NCBI GenBank assembly: GCA_008015325.1
Contig: SSFI01000056.1
Span: 2,802 to 66,801, forward strand
Direction: 5' to 3'
DNA from: Rheinheimera sp.
GTDB lineage: Bacteria > Pseudomonadota > Gammaproteobacteria > Enterobacterales > Alteromonadaceae
Length of the DNA: 64,000 nucleotides
Below, piece by piece: positions 9,719-19,792 of this stretch (within the stretch, counting starts at the first letter, position 1; the number at the start of each line of letters is the position of its first letter). A model generated the notes under the pieces. That model saw only the letters and a program-made list of their open reading frames with translations. It did no database searches and had not been told where the DNA came from. The position numbers were made by a program, and so were the translations under genes.

Positions 9719-12700
9719 AGGTGTTCTCCGCCAGCCAGTTGCGGCAATAGCTGCTGCAGTTGTTGCTGGGCCTTGCTGAAATCAAAATCGTTAATGAGAC
9801 TGCAGATTTGTTCCACTTCTTGCTGGTACGGCCCGTGATAGGCCTCCAGTTCAGTCAGTCGCAGCTCATCCAGTTCATGGCGTACCAGCGCGCTTTGCAG
9901 CGCCGTTAAAATCTCTGCTAATGCCGCGGCGCTGGCCGGCGCTGTGGCGACAGCCTGATCGGCCGACTGCTGTTGCAGCAACTGCTGATACTCAGCATCA
10001 AAGCGTGGCCAGCAGTGCAGAATTTTATGCAGCAAATCAGCGCTGCGCTGCTGTTGTTGTTGCCGGGCGGCCTGTTCCAGTTCGGCACAGACTTTGGCTA
10101 AAGGTTCCAGTGCCAGGTTGCCGGCGACACCTTTAACGGCATGCGTCACCTGCTGAATGGCGGCAAAATCACTGTGTTCCAGCGCTTGTTGCAGTTGCTG
10201 TAACGCCTGGCCTTGTTTGTCGAGGAACTGGCGCAGCGAGGGCAGATAACGGCCAAAACTGCCCCACAGCTGCAGTGCTTTGCCAGTATTGATTAGCTGC
10301 TCAGTGCCGGCTGCCGCATTGCTGAGATCGGCCAGCGGCGCTTGTACTTCAAGCTGCAGCACCCGTGCCATTTCATAACAAAGCACAGGGAAATCAATAG
10401 GTTTACTGGCAAAACCCTGCATGCCGGCTTGTTGCGCGGCCGCTTTGTCTTCATCCAGCACACTGGCGGTCAGTGCGATGATCGGAATGGCGCTGCGGCC
10501 TGTGTCCTGCTCCCACTGGCGCAGCTGACGACAAGCCCCAAGGCCGTCCAGCACTGGCATCTGGATATCCATCAAGATCAGGTCCGGCTGGTGTTGTTTG
10601 GCGAGTACAACTGCTTCTGCCCCGTCGACCGCGCTATACACCTGATGGCCGGCTCGGGCCAACAACAGGCTCAGCAGTTCGAGGTTTTGTGGAATATCAT
10701 CGGCGATTAATACCCGCAGCGGCGGCAGGGCAGGTGCTTGCGAGCCATAGCTGCTTTGCGCCGGCGCCTGGCCTGCAGCAAGCGGAATGACAAAACTGAA
10801 AGTGCTGCCAACACCAGGCTGGCTTTGCACCCAAATACGCCCGCCCATCAGTTCGACCAGCTGTTTACTGATGGTCGTGCCAAGACCTGTACCGCCAAAG
10901 CGCCGACTCATCGAGGAATCGGCCTGGGTAAAGGCTTCAAAAATCTGCTCCAGCCGTTGTGGTTCAATACCGATGCCGCTGTCGCGGATATCAAATTGCA
11001 CCATGTTGCCGGACATCGGCCGCACGGTCACAGTGACGCCGCCAAGCTCAGTGAATTTAATTGCATTGCCAATCAGGTTGGTCAGAATTTGCCGCAAGCG
11101 GTCGGCAGCACCGTGGTAAAACTCACCCAAATCTGCGGCCAGATCCAGCTGCAGCGTCAGCTGTTTTTTCCGCGCCTGGATCCACAGAGTTGATACCACA
11201 TTGTCCAGCACTGCCGGCAGCGAGAAATCCTGCAGGTCCAGTTCCAGTTTGCCTTTTTCCAGTTTGGCGCTGTCGAGAATGTCGTTGAGCAAATGCAGCA
11301 ACGAATGGGCAGAACTGTGAATGGTCGACAGATGTTTTTTCTGCTCCGGTGTTAATTGCGAGCTGAGCAGCAGGTCGCTGAAGCCGATGATGGCGTTCAT
11401 CGGTGTGCGGATCTCATGGCTCATATTGGCCAAAAAGCTGGCGCGGGCTTCAGCGGCCAGTTCGGCTTTATCGCGGGCGTCGCGCAGTTCAGTTTCCATC
11501 TGTTTGCGCGCCGTGATGTCCATGATAAAACCATCCAGCCACTGGATATTGCCTTGGTCGTCAAACACCGGTTCACCTTGTTCTAAGGCCCAGTGCACAG
11601 TGCCGTCGCGGTGCACAATGCGGTATTCGACATGAAAGCCCTGGCGGAACAGCGCCGGGTCCTGCAGTTGCTGCGCATCGTCCGGATGGATGACTTCGAC
11701 CCAGCTACGTTTGCGCTCCGGCAGCATAAAATCGCTGGCTGGATAACCGGAAATACCTTCGATGGCGTCGCTTAAAAACAACATGTCCCAGCTGTCGTTA
11801 AACAGACAACGATACGCTGCGCCGGGGATATTACTAATCAGCGAACGGTACTTGGCTTCATTGTCTTTCAGCGCCTGCTCCATCTGCTGGCGGACGCGCA
11901 GGTCGGTGATAAAGGCGACAAACAAATCTTCACCAGGCAGCCGGACATGACCGATTGCCAGCCGCACCGGCACGGGATGACCGTTTTTGTGTACTGCGTT
12001 GACGTCGCGGCCAACACCGATAATTTTCGCATCGCCGGTCTGGAGGTAGCGCGCGAGGTAAGAATCATGTTCAGCGCGGATTGTACCCGGCGTCAGGATA
12101 TTCACGTTTTGCCCGAGCAATTCCTGTTGCTGCCAGCCGAGGATTTGCTCCGCAGCTTTATTCATACTGAGGATTAAACCTTGCGCGTTGATAGTCACAA
12201 TGCCGTCAACGGCGGTATCCATCATCGCCATCAGCCGGCGTTCGTTCGTCATGGCCCGTTCACTGGCGTCGCGGAATTTCAGCAGCAGATTGACCGCTAC
12301 CACCAGCGCACAAATCATCAGCGTGGTGAAGGTTATGGCCATCGCGAGCTCAAGCGGGGCTTCGCCGGCTTGTTGCAGTGGGATAAAACCGGACGGCGGC
12401 ACAAAACGCGCAGCGGCCATGCCGGTGTAATGCATCCCGGTAATAGCGCCGCCCATCACCAGGCTGGCGAGAATCGTCAGCAAGAACGGCGGAATGCGCA
12501 GGCGTTTTAAGCCAAAACGCACCCACAGCGCCAGCACGGCCAGCACCACAGCAACCAGAATAGATAATAAAAACATCGGCAGGTCGTAGCGCAGCGCGAC
12601 GGCCATGTCCATCGCGGCCATCCCGGCATAATGCATAGTGCCGATGCCGGCACCGACTAAGACACCACCCAATAACAATTGCGGCAGACTCAGGCGTTTT

Positions 12701-13053
12701 TTACTGATCAGGTCCAATGCCACCCAGGACGCGGCGATGCTGGGTAACATCGATAAAAAGGTGAGGCCGGGCTGATAACTGACTTCAGTACAAAGCGCAA
12801 ACGCCAGCATGCCGATAAAATGCATCGACCACACACCGCCGCCGAGCGCAATACTGCCACTGGCCAACATCAGCATCCGGTAACTGTGGCGTTGCATTTT
12901 TACTGCCTGCGCCGTGACATGCATCGCTATCGCCGAGGCCAGCACGGCAATCGCAAAAGACAACAACACCAAACCCGGCGTATAGCTGCCATTTAGCAGC
13001 AGCGGATCTGCCGGATATTCAAACCACTGTAAAAGCCATTGCAACAACAGCAC
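9715..13053 (-). CDS. Hybrid histidine kinase MHYT-PAS-PAS-HisKA-HATPase-REC-HPt
   Basis: MHFIGM/MHYAGM/MHYTGM repeats, two PAS domains, [10 protein letters not shown]-box, GGTGLG G-box, LMDIQMP REC, HAVKG HPt. Exact start uncertain. Confidence 0.92.
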   Translation of the reverse strand: MLLLQWLLQWFEYPADPLLLNGSYTPGLVLLSFAIAVLASAIAMHVTAQAVKMQRHSYRMLMLASGSIALGGGVWSMHFIGMLAFALCTEVSYQPGLTFLSMLPSIAASWVALDLISKKRLSLPQLLLGGVLVGAGIGTMHYAGMAAMDMAVALRYDLPMFLLSILVAVVLAVLALWVRFGLKRLRIPPFLLTILASLVMGGAITGMHYTGMAAARFVPPSGFIPLQQAGEAPLELAMAITFTTLMICALVVAVNLLLKFRDASERAMTNERRLMAMMDTAVDGIVTINAQGLILSMNKAAEQILGWQQQELLGQNVNILTPGTIRAEHDSYLARYLQTGDAKIIGVGRDVNAVHKNGHPVPVRLAIGHVRLPGEDLFVAFITDLRVRQQMEQALKDNEAKYRSLISNIPGAAYRCLFNDSWDMLFLSDAIEGISGYPASDFMLPERKRSWVEVIHPDDAQQLQDPALFRQGFHVEYRIVHRDGTVHWALEQGEPVFDDQGNIQWLDGFIMDITARKQMETELRDARDKAELAAEARASFLANMSHEIRTPMNAIIGFSDLLLSSQLTPEQKKHLSTIHSSAHSLLHLLNDILDSAKLEKGKLELDLQDFSLPAVLDNVVSTLWIQARKKQLTLQLDLAADLGEFYHGAADRLRQILTNLIGNAIKFTELGGVTVTVRPMSGNMVQFDIRDSGIGIEPQRLEQIFEAFTQADSSMSRRFGGTGLGTTISKQLVELMGGRIWVQSQPGVGSTFSFVIPLAAGQAPAQSSYGSQAPALPPLRVLIADDIPQNLELLSLLLARAGHQVYSAVDGAEAVVLAKQHQPDLILMDIQMPVLDGLGACRQLRQWEQDTGRSAIPIIALTASVLDEDKAAAQQAGMQGFASKPIDFPVLCYEMARVLQLEVQAPLADLSNAAAGTEQLINTGKALQLWGSFGRYLPSLRQFLDKQGQALQQLQQALEHSDFAAIQQVTHAVKGVAGNLALEPLAKVCAELEQAARQQQQQRSADLLHKILHCWPRFDAEYQQLLQQQSADQAVATAPASAAALAEILTALQSALVRHELDELRLTELEAYHGPYQQEVEQICSLINDFDFSKAQQQLQQLLPQLAGGEHL

Positions 13054-13121
13054 CTCCGCCTGAATTGAGTTGTGGTCAGCGCCACGGCCTGATTATGTCA
13101 CAGCGGCTGTGCATCCACGGA

Positions 13122-15992
13122 TTAATTACCGGCCTGCACGACCTGGTCGCGGCCCTGAGCTTTGCCCTGATACAGTGCTAAATCGGCCGCTTTCACCGCC
13201 TGTTCCAGTGCGTCTGATTGCAAGGCCACGGCGCTGATGCCAAAAGTGGCGCTGAGCGGCGCCGGCAAGCCCCGCAGTTGCAATTGCCGGATGCCAAGCC
13301 GCAGTTCCTCCACCAGGCTGCTTGCTTGTTGCACATCGGTTTGTGGCATTAACAACAAAAATTCTTCGCCACCCCAACGCGCAATTAAGTCCTGGCCACG
13401 CAGTCGTTGTTTCAGATAAACCGCCACCGCTTTGAGCACGGCATCGCCGGTGTCATGACCGTGTTCATCGTTGATTTTTTTGAAATGATCGATATCCATC
13501 AGCACCAGAGTCAGGGCTGCCGGTGAGCGGCTGCGTTGCGCCTGTAATAAGACTGCGGCCGAATACAAAGCGCGCCGGTTTAACAAACCGGTCAGACTGT
13601 CGGTGTTGGATAATAATTGCAGTTGCTGATTGGCCAGTTCCAGTTCGGCGGTGCGCTGCGCGACCAGCAGATCCAGCGTGGCGGCGCGTTGTTGTAAGCG
13701 CCGGGTGCGTAAATGATACAACAGCCCCAGTACCAGCACCGTGCCGATGCAAAGGAGGGCGATACCAAGCGGGCGCTGCCAGAACGGCACCGGCACCTGT
13801 AGTAGCAAAGGCCGGGTCTGGACAAACTGGCCGCCGGCCTGCGCCATCACTTCCAGCCGGTGCTGGCCCGGACTGAGCTGACTTAAGGTCAACACTGCGT
13901 GCTCGCCGAGCGCAGTCCAGCTTTGCTCCGCATGCCAGCGGAAAAAATATTGCACGCGCAAATGGGGCTGAAAGGCCAGCAACTTAAACTGCAGCTGCAG
14001 CTCTTCAACTTTTTCCGGTAACAGAATGCTGCCTTTGCTTTCTGCCACATGAAATAACTGCCGGTTCAACCGCATACTGGTCAGGTGTAACTGCATTGAG
14101 GACGGCACCGCCGTCATATCCACCGGACTGAGCTGCCACAAGCCACTGCTGGTCGCGAGCTGCACCAAATCGCCATCAAGTGGGCTGATCCCCCGCAGCT
14201 GCGCACTGCTGAGATCAAGCCCTGGCCTTGCCGCAAGCAGATGTAAATTGCTGCCATCCGGGCTGAAACTCAGCACACCATTGCGGGTCAGTACCCAGAC
14301 AATATCCCCGCTGCGGGTCATGCCAATCACTCGCGGGTCCGGCAAGCCTTCCGCCTGACCGAGCAGTGAAAAGGTCTGCCGGTCTGGCTGCAGGCGAATA
14401 AGGCCTCGATCGGTACAGAGCCATAACAAGTCTTCGACCGGCAACATACATTGGAAATAGCCGGTGGCGAGTTTGTTGTCAGGTTGCCAGCGTAAGCTGA
14501 TTTTGTCGGCCTCGCCCTGATACAATTTGCCCTGCCGGCTTAATAACCACAGCCGTTGCTGCGCATCGGTCTGAATATCGACAATGCCTTCCTGCGCCTG
14601 CACGTCGGTTTGCAGTTGCACAGGCTGCCAGTCGGCGACCGGCAGCCTCGCTGCTTCAGCACCAATCCGGTACACGCCTTGTTCCCACAAGCCTAACCAT
14701 AAAGCGCCGTCTGCGGCGATAGCCATCCGTTCGATATTAAAACGCTTGGTGTTGAGCTCAAGTGGCAGCGGCACAAACTGATTGTCGCTGCTGAGCTGAA
14801 ACAAGCCCTGATCGGTGGCGGCCAGCGTGTAGGCGCCGAACTGCACCACATCGCGCACATAAGCCACCGGGCTCGCGGCGTCAAAACTCAGTTCACGCCA
14901 TTGGCCCTGCTGCAGCTGCAACAAGGATTTTTCCAGGGCCTGCCAGCGCGTATTGGTGATGGAAGGCGGACCTAGCCGGTGCTGTTGTTTTGGATTCAAA
15001 TAAGTGCTGATGGCAGGTTCAATCGGCCGGATCGCCGGGGCTGGCAGCATTTGCAGGCCGTTATTGCGGCTGGTCAGCCAGATTTGGCCGCGCCGGTCCC
15101 GAAAGATTTTGCGGATATCAACGGCGCTTTGCAGCAGTTCGGTGTGCAGTTTGCCAGCGATGAGGCTTAACCGGAACAGGCCATCGATGGAGCCAATTAA
15201 CCAGCTGCTGGCGGATTCAGCCAGGATCGCGTTGGGATTACCGACCCCGACCTGTTGGAGCTGATTGGGCTGTGCTAAATCCAGCAGATATAAGTGAGAG
15301 CGCAGGCCGACGAATAAATGCTGGTCCTGCGCGGCGACAGTGCGGATCTCCTGGTCACGAAATTCAGCCTGTTGCAGCCATTCGCCTTGCGCTGTTGGCG
15401 TTGGCGGCAAGCGATACAGGCCTTTGGAAGTAGCAACCCACAAGGTGCCGTCGTCCTGTTCGGTCAGTTGCCAGATGCGCTGGCCGGCGAGCGGCTGCCA
15501 CAGTTCGGCCTGCAGATTGTCCGGGTTTAACTTAAACAGCCCTTCGGTGGTGCCAATCCATAACACCTGTTGGCGGCTTAAATATAAGGTCTGGACCCGG
15601 GCATTATCTGGCAGCGGTGTACTGACCTGCTGCCAGTGCTGGCGCTGACTGTCGAGCCGCCACAGGCCATTGCCCCAGGTGCCGACCCACAGCTGATTGC
15701 GTTGGTCGCTGACGACCTGACTATAACTGACGGCGCGGCGCGGGCCCGGTGGCAGAAAACGCAGATATTCCTGGCCGTCATAGCGCAACAGACCTTCAAA
15801 CTCCGCGGCCAGCCAAAGAAAATCTTGCTGGTCCTGCGTCACGCCGTACACCACGCCCGGTACGTTTTGTGGCAGTTCCACTGTGGTTGCCGGCGGCGTC
15901 ATGGCTGCAGCATTTCCGCAGTGCATCCAGCCACCACACAACAAGGTGAGCAGGAGCATCAAACAAGTCAGGCGCTGGCAGCAATGCAACAA
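13122..15992 (-). CDS. Ligand-binding beta-propeller sensor (Y_Y_Y-type) diguanylate cyclase
   Basis: Signal-like N-terminus, repeated LW(V/I)GT blades, one TM helix, DSLTGLLNR, RGQD I-site, GGEEF. Start may be ATG 15959. Confidence 0.88.
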   Translation of the reverse strand: MLHCCQRLTCLMLLLTLLCGGWMHCGNAAAMTPPATTVELPQNVPGVVYGVTQDQQDFLWLAAEFEGLLRYDGQEYLRFLPPGPRRAVSYSQVVSDQRNQLWVGTWGNGLWRLDSQRQHWQQVSTPLPDNARVQTLYLSRQQVLWIGTTEGLFKLNPDNLQAELWQPLAGQRIWQLTEQDDGTLWVATSKGLYRLPPTPTAQGEWLQQAEFRDQEIRTVAAQDQHLFVGLRSHLYLLDLAQPNQLQQVGVGNPNAILAESASSWLIGSIDGLFRLSLIAGKLHTELLQSAVDIRKIFRDRRGQIWLTSRNNGLQMLPAPAIRPIEPAISTYLNPKQQHRLGPPSITNTRWQALEKSLLQLQQGQWRELSFDAASPVAYVRDVVQFGAYTLAATDQGLFQLSSDNQFVPLPLELNTKRFNIERMAIAADGALWLGLWEQGVYRIGAEAARLPVADWQPVQLQTDVQAQEGIVDIQTDAQQRLWLLSRQGKLYQGEADKISLRWQPDNKLATGYFQCMLPVEDLLWLCTDRGLIRLQPDRQTFSLLGQAEGLPDPRVIGMTRSGDIVWVLTRNGVLSFSPDGSNLHLLAARPGLDLSSAQLRGISPLDGDLVQLATSSGLWQLSPVDMTAVPSSMQLHLTSMRLNRQLFHVAESKGSILLPEKVEELQLQFKLLAFQPHLRVQYFFRWHAEQSWTALGEHAVLTLSQLSPGQHRLEVMAQAGGQFVQTRPLLLQVPVPFWQRPLGIALLCIGTVLVLGLLYHLRTRRLQQRAATLDLLVAQRTAELELANQQLQLLSNTDSLTGLLNRRALYSAAVLLQAQRSRSPAALTLVLMDIDHFKKINDEHGHDTGDAVLKAVAVYLKQRLRGQDLIARWGGEEFLLLMPQTDVQQASSLVEELRLGIRQLQLRGLPAPLSATFGISAVALQSDALEQAVKAADLALYQGKAQGRDQVVQAGN

Positions 15993-16130
15993 AATTCACC
16001 ATGATGAGGACAAAAACCTAATGTATCTGAAGCAGAATAGTTTTTCCACCCGGCCGACACTTGCAGTGTGGCGCAGTGGCCATGACAATAGCGGCTATCA
16101 GAGTGCACAAAGCCCAACGGGAGCAATAAC

Positions 16131-16583
16131 ATGGTATGGGACGACAGCGCCGATTTTGTCTGGTGTGAACAACAATTCGCCGCGATCGAAGCTTATGTAC
16201 AGGCACAGCAAATCCCGCATGGCCTGATCTGCGACTGGCCGGAATGGTATACCGCACCGTATGTCGGATTGTGGGTGGTGGAAGATCCGGCCGACCCGGG
16301 ATATGCCGGCCACTGGATTTTAGCCGGCGACAGCACGGGCGCGCAGCCACAGCCGGTGCCTTTTGACCATTTACCGGCAGCTGAGTTACCTGAGCCCCGT
16401 GATGCCATGGCCGCTTTTGCCAAACGCTGGGCCGGCTTGGCCGCAAAGGCGCAAAAAGGTGAAAGCTGGTCCGGCAGCCCAAAGCTTTCCGGTGACTTAG
16501 CGGCACAGGCCAAACAGCTGAGCCGGCAAGCGCAATTACTGAGCCTGTGGGCGCAGGATGATGAGTTGTGGGAAGAGGATTGA
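16131..16583 (+). CDS. Conserved hypothetical protein, DUF4826-like
   Basis: 150 aa; YVGLW...W(I)LAGD...DH...RDAMAAFAKRW pattern resembles DUF4826 (from recall). Confidence 0.55.
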   Translation: MVWDDSADFVWCEQQFAAIEAYVQAQQIPHGLICDWPEWYTAPYVGLWVVEDPADPGYAGHWILAGDSTGAQPQPVPFDHLPAAELPEPRDAMAAFAKRWAGLAAKAQKGESWSGSPKLSGDLAAQAKQLSRQAQLLSLWAQDDELWEED

Positions 16584-16664
16584 TTTTCGCTGCCGTTCGT
16601 TGTTATTTCGCCGCAGCTCAATGAAAAATGGCAGCCGAAGCTGCCATTGTTTTGCGTGGGACGT

Positions 16665-19307
16665 TTAGAACTTCACGGTATAACGCAGCGTCCAGTTGCG
16701 GCCTAACCAGTCGTGGATCGAGCTGGCATAACCGTTGGTTGGAGAGGATGCATAAGGTGGTTCTTTGTCGGTCAGGTTACGTACCGCGAACTGGATATCC
16801 TGTTTGTCGGTGATGTTGTAACCGATACTGGCGTTTAAGGTCAGCCAGGATTTGACGGTTTCATTGTCAAACTTGAAGTCACCATCGCCGAGCGAGCTGA
16901 TGTAGTGCGCGCTGAAGCTGACATTCCAGTCCTGCAGTTCCCAGTCAATCGCCGTGTCGCCGACAAATTCCGGCCGGGCGATTTCGCTGGCGCCACTGAG
17001 TTTACCCAGTAAATCTTCGGCCGGGTCGTCTGCCGTCAGCTGACGCTCGTAGCTCAACGTGCGGGTGCCGGCTAAGGTCAGGTTAAAACGGCCGGCGCTG
17101 CTGTCGAAGCCGTATTTGACTTTGGCGTCGATGCCGTCAGTTTCCTGAGCGCCGACGTTAAAGAAACCGGTGCGCAGGAATACCAAATCACCGCCGCTGT
17201 CTTTGACACAACCAAAAGCGCCGTTCAGGGCGGCTTCGTTAGTCACAGTCGGAGCCGTGCCGGCGAGACAGGCTTTTAACGTAGTGTTGGCGTCCACATC
17301 AACGATATCGGTGTGCTCATAACGCCAGTAATCCACAGTGATGTTGAAGTCGTCGGTCAGGTTCCAGGAGACACCGGCGTTCCAGGCTTCGGAGCTTTCT
17401 GCATCCAGCCCGCGGTTGCCCTGCGTTTCCTGGTCAAATTCCAGTTCTCCGGCCTGAGCACCGAAGCTGCCGCACAGGCCGTTATATGGTTTGCCGTTGC
17501 CACAATCGATATAGTTAGAACCTAATGAAGTACCAGCGCCGAGTTCAGACAAAGACGGCGCGCGGAAACCGGTGCTCCAGCTAGCGCGCAGAATTAAATC
17601 GTCAGTCGCTTTGTAGCGCAGTGACACTTTCGGGTTGGCATCACCACCAAAATCGCTGTAATGGTCATACCGCAGGGCAGTGATCGCATCCAGTTGCTCG
17701 GTCAATGGCAGGTTAAACTCCGCATAACCGGCATATTGCGTGCGGTCGGCGGCTGCATCGCTGGCGCCTAAGGTACTGACCAAACCTTGTTGGGCCACTA
17801 AAGCTGGCCGGTCGAAAATATCTTCGCTGCGCCATTCCCCGCCAAATACCGCGCTGATTGGGCCGGCTGGCAATTCACCGAGCTGACCGCTGAAGTTAAA
17901 GTCCCAGGATTTGACGTCCGATTCACCGACCCGTGGCGCCAGTTCACGCAAGCCGGCCAGCACTTCAGGCTTGGTGTCGCGGCCCCCATTATCACGACCA
18001 AGGTTAAACGGATTAAACTGGCCGCTGGCGGTCGCAGCTGCAACGCGGTCCAGGTTGAAATAACCGCTGGTATGTAACACTTCATTGTCGGATTTGCCGA
18101 TAGTCGCTGCTGTTTCCCAGCGCCAGCTGTCGCTGCTGCCAAACAAAGTGGTTTCACCGCGAAGGCCCGCCAGCAGGCGGTAGCTGTTGCTGTCATATTC
18201 CTGCATCCGCACTTCCGGATAACGGGAGCGGATGCGGATAGTGCCAACAGAGCCGTTTTTGGCGTCAATATCGCGGACCCACTGCGGCACTGAGCTCAGC
18301 GAACCCGGCACGCGCAGGTCAAAAGAGCCGGCCGAATCATAGGAATGGCCACTGTTTTGCTGAACCATAGCTTCAACAAAGAGTTCATTGTCACCACCGA
18401 GGCGATAGATATGGTTCAGCGTGGCGCCGAGGTTTTTACTGTCCGGCTGAATCGCCCGTTCCATCACATAGTCATATTGGCAGCGGGTGCCGCCGTTGCT
18501 GGTTGCGGTGCCACACCAAGGTTCAGCATAGTCTTTGCCGTCAATAGTGACGCGGGTTGACGATTTAAAAGTCACGTTGATCGGGCGATCTGCATTCATT
18601 AGCGCATCGCGGTCGAAGTAATCCAGCACCACAGTAGTGTTGGAGTTTTCCGTGGCAAAACCACCGGTATAGGTGAAGTTTTTGCGGGTGAAATCGCTAT
18701 CGGCACTGTCATCGCCATACATGGCGCTGATTTCCTGACCTTCATAATCTTTTTTCAGGATGAAGTTGATGACACCTGCGATAGCGTCAGAACCATAGAC
18801 TGAAGCGGCGCCGTCGGTCAGCACGTCGATGCGCTCAATTGCCGCCATCGGAATAGCATTGACGTTAACAAAAGAATCAAAGCCGTTGGAGAAAGAGTCA
18901 ACCGCGACGCGACGGCCGTTCACCAGCACCAGTGTGGAGCTCGAGCCCAGACCACGTAAACTGACGCCGGCCGCGCCCGGTGGGGTGCCGTCTGAACCAC
19001 CGACGTTGCCGTTTTCAGTGAAAGTGCCGGCGCTGGCGGCTTGCGGCAGGTCACGCAGGAAGCTGGCGACATTGTCGTAGCCTTTGTTAATCAGCTCTTC
19101 AGCAGTGAAGACCTGCAGTGGATTGGCGCCTTCCATGTCAACGCCTTTGAGGCGTGAACCTGTGACTTCAATTTTTTCGATTTTTTTCTCGGCATCCGCC
19201 TCAGCTGTTGCCGCCGGGGCTTGTTGGGCCTGAGTGCTGAAAGCCAGCAATAAAGCGCTGTACAGGGCTGATTTACGGATCATCGCTGCTGATGTCGTTG
19301 CGTTCAT
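16665..19307 (-). CDS. TonB-dependent outer-membrane receptor
   Basis: Signal peptide, EKIEVTGSR TonB-box region, plug motifs (LRGLG, LVLVNGRR, IERIDVL), C-terminal GRNWTLRYTVKF with terminal Phe; SD AGAGGA. Confidence 0.95.
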   Translation of the reverse strand: MNATTSAAMIRKSALYSALLLAFSTQAQQAPAATAEADAEKKIEKIEVTGSRLKGVDMEGANPLQVFTAEELINKGYDNVASFLRDLPQAASAGTFTENGNVGGSDGTPPGAAGVSLRGLGSSSTLVLVNGRRVAVDSFSNGFDSFVNVNAIPMAAIERIDVLTDGAASVYGSDAIAGVINFILKKDYEGQEISAMYGDDSADSDFTRKNFTYTGGFATENSNTTVVLDYFDRDALMNADRPINVTFKSSTRVTIDGKDYAEPWCGTATSNGGTRCQYDYVMERAIQPDSKNLGATLNHIYRLGGDNELFVEAMVQQNSGHSYDSAGSFDLRVPGSLSSVPQWVRDIDAKNGSVGTIRIRSRYPEVRMQEYDSNSYRLLAGLRGETTLFGSSDSWRWETAATIGKSDNEVLHTSGYFNLDRVAAATASGQFNPFNLGRDNGGRDTKPEVLAGLRELAPRVGESDVKSWDFNFSGQLGELPAGPISAVFGGEWRSEDIFDRPALVAQQGLVSTLGASDAAADRTQYAGYAEFNLPLTEQLDAITALRYDHYSDFGGDANPKVSLRYKATDDLILRASWSTGFRAPSLSELGAGTSLGSNYIDCGNGKPYNGLCGSFGAQAGELEFDQETQGNRGLDAESSEAWNAGVSWNLTDDFNITVDYWRYEHTDIVDVDANTTLKACLAGTAPTVTNEAALNGAFGCVKDSGGDLVFLRTGFFNVGAQETDGIDAKVKYGFDSSAGRFNLTLAGTRTLSYERQLTADDPAEDLLGKLSGASEIARPEFVGDTAIDWELQDWNVSFSAHYISSLGDGDFKFDNETVKSWLTLNASIGYNITDKQDIQFAVRNLTDKEPPYASSPTNGYASSIHDWLGRNWTLRYTVKF

Positions 19308-19502
19308 GGGTATTCCTCTGGATCAAATTGTTGCTTAAAAGCAATCTGCATTGGATTGTTCAGAAAAACGACACAGAGGGGGCCGCACAGGCAGATCCGG
19401 AGTGACACGCTCGGACAGATCATCAATAACCAGGTGCTGCCATTGCAGGGAGTGCGCAACAACAGGCGGATTATTGCCGTAAAGCCGGGATCTGTGGGGC
19501 GA

Positions 19503-19523
19503 CCCTCTGCGTCAGGCAGAGGG
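19503..19523 (-). promoter_or_regulatory. GC-rich hairpin right after leader peptide 1 (pause/attenuator candidate, no U-tract)
   Basis: Minus-strand CCCTCTGC-ctgac-GCAGAGGG, 8-bp stem with 5-nt loop, starting 4 nt after the UAG. Confidence 0.7.
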
Positions 19524-19527
19524 GTGG

Positions 19528-19602
19528 CTAATTATTAAACCACTCGGACAGGTAGTAAGGAGAGTAACGGTAGTTGCTCAGGTTGACTGCGCATTTCAAC
19601 AT
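19528..19602 (-). CDS. 24-aa leader peptide 1, MLKCAVNLSNYRYSPYYLSEWFNN, upstream of the TonB-dependent receptor
   Basis: Manual translation; strong SD (AAGGAGGAGAGTC-ATG); TAG stop; 17/24 identical to the ORF at 21791-21865. Confidence 0.85.
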   Translation of the reverse strand: MLKCAVNLSNYRYSPYYLSEWFNN

Positions 19603-19728
19603 GACTCTCCTCCTTTGGGTTTGGCAGCGGCCCAGTATTGGCATCGCGCTGCTTTGGGGTTATTCGGGGCTATTCAGCATTTGGGCCAGCCCAACCGGAC
19701 CAGCACAGCCTGAAAATCGGCTTGCTTT

Positions 19729-19759
19729 TCAAACTGTCTGATCCGGCAAAAACTGTCAA
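19729..19759 (-). promoter_or_regulatory. Putative sigma70 promoter/operator for leader 1 and the receptor
   Basis: Perfect TTGACA (19759-19754), 17-nt spacer, weak -10 CAGTTT inside the imperfect palindrome TCAG-acagt-TTGA. Confidence 0.45.
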
Positions 19760-19792
19760 GCGGTTTTTTTTCACCTCATGCACATCGAATGC

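Noticed and set aside
16018-16621. Minus-strand ORFs of 162 and 142 aa
   Set aside because: Antisense to the DUF4826-like gene, with no recognisable motifs.
19356-19538. 60-aa plus-strand ORF in the receptor leader region
   Set aside because: Antisense to the leader transcript, with no counterpart near leader 2; the paralog-supported ORF is on the minus strand.
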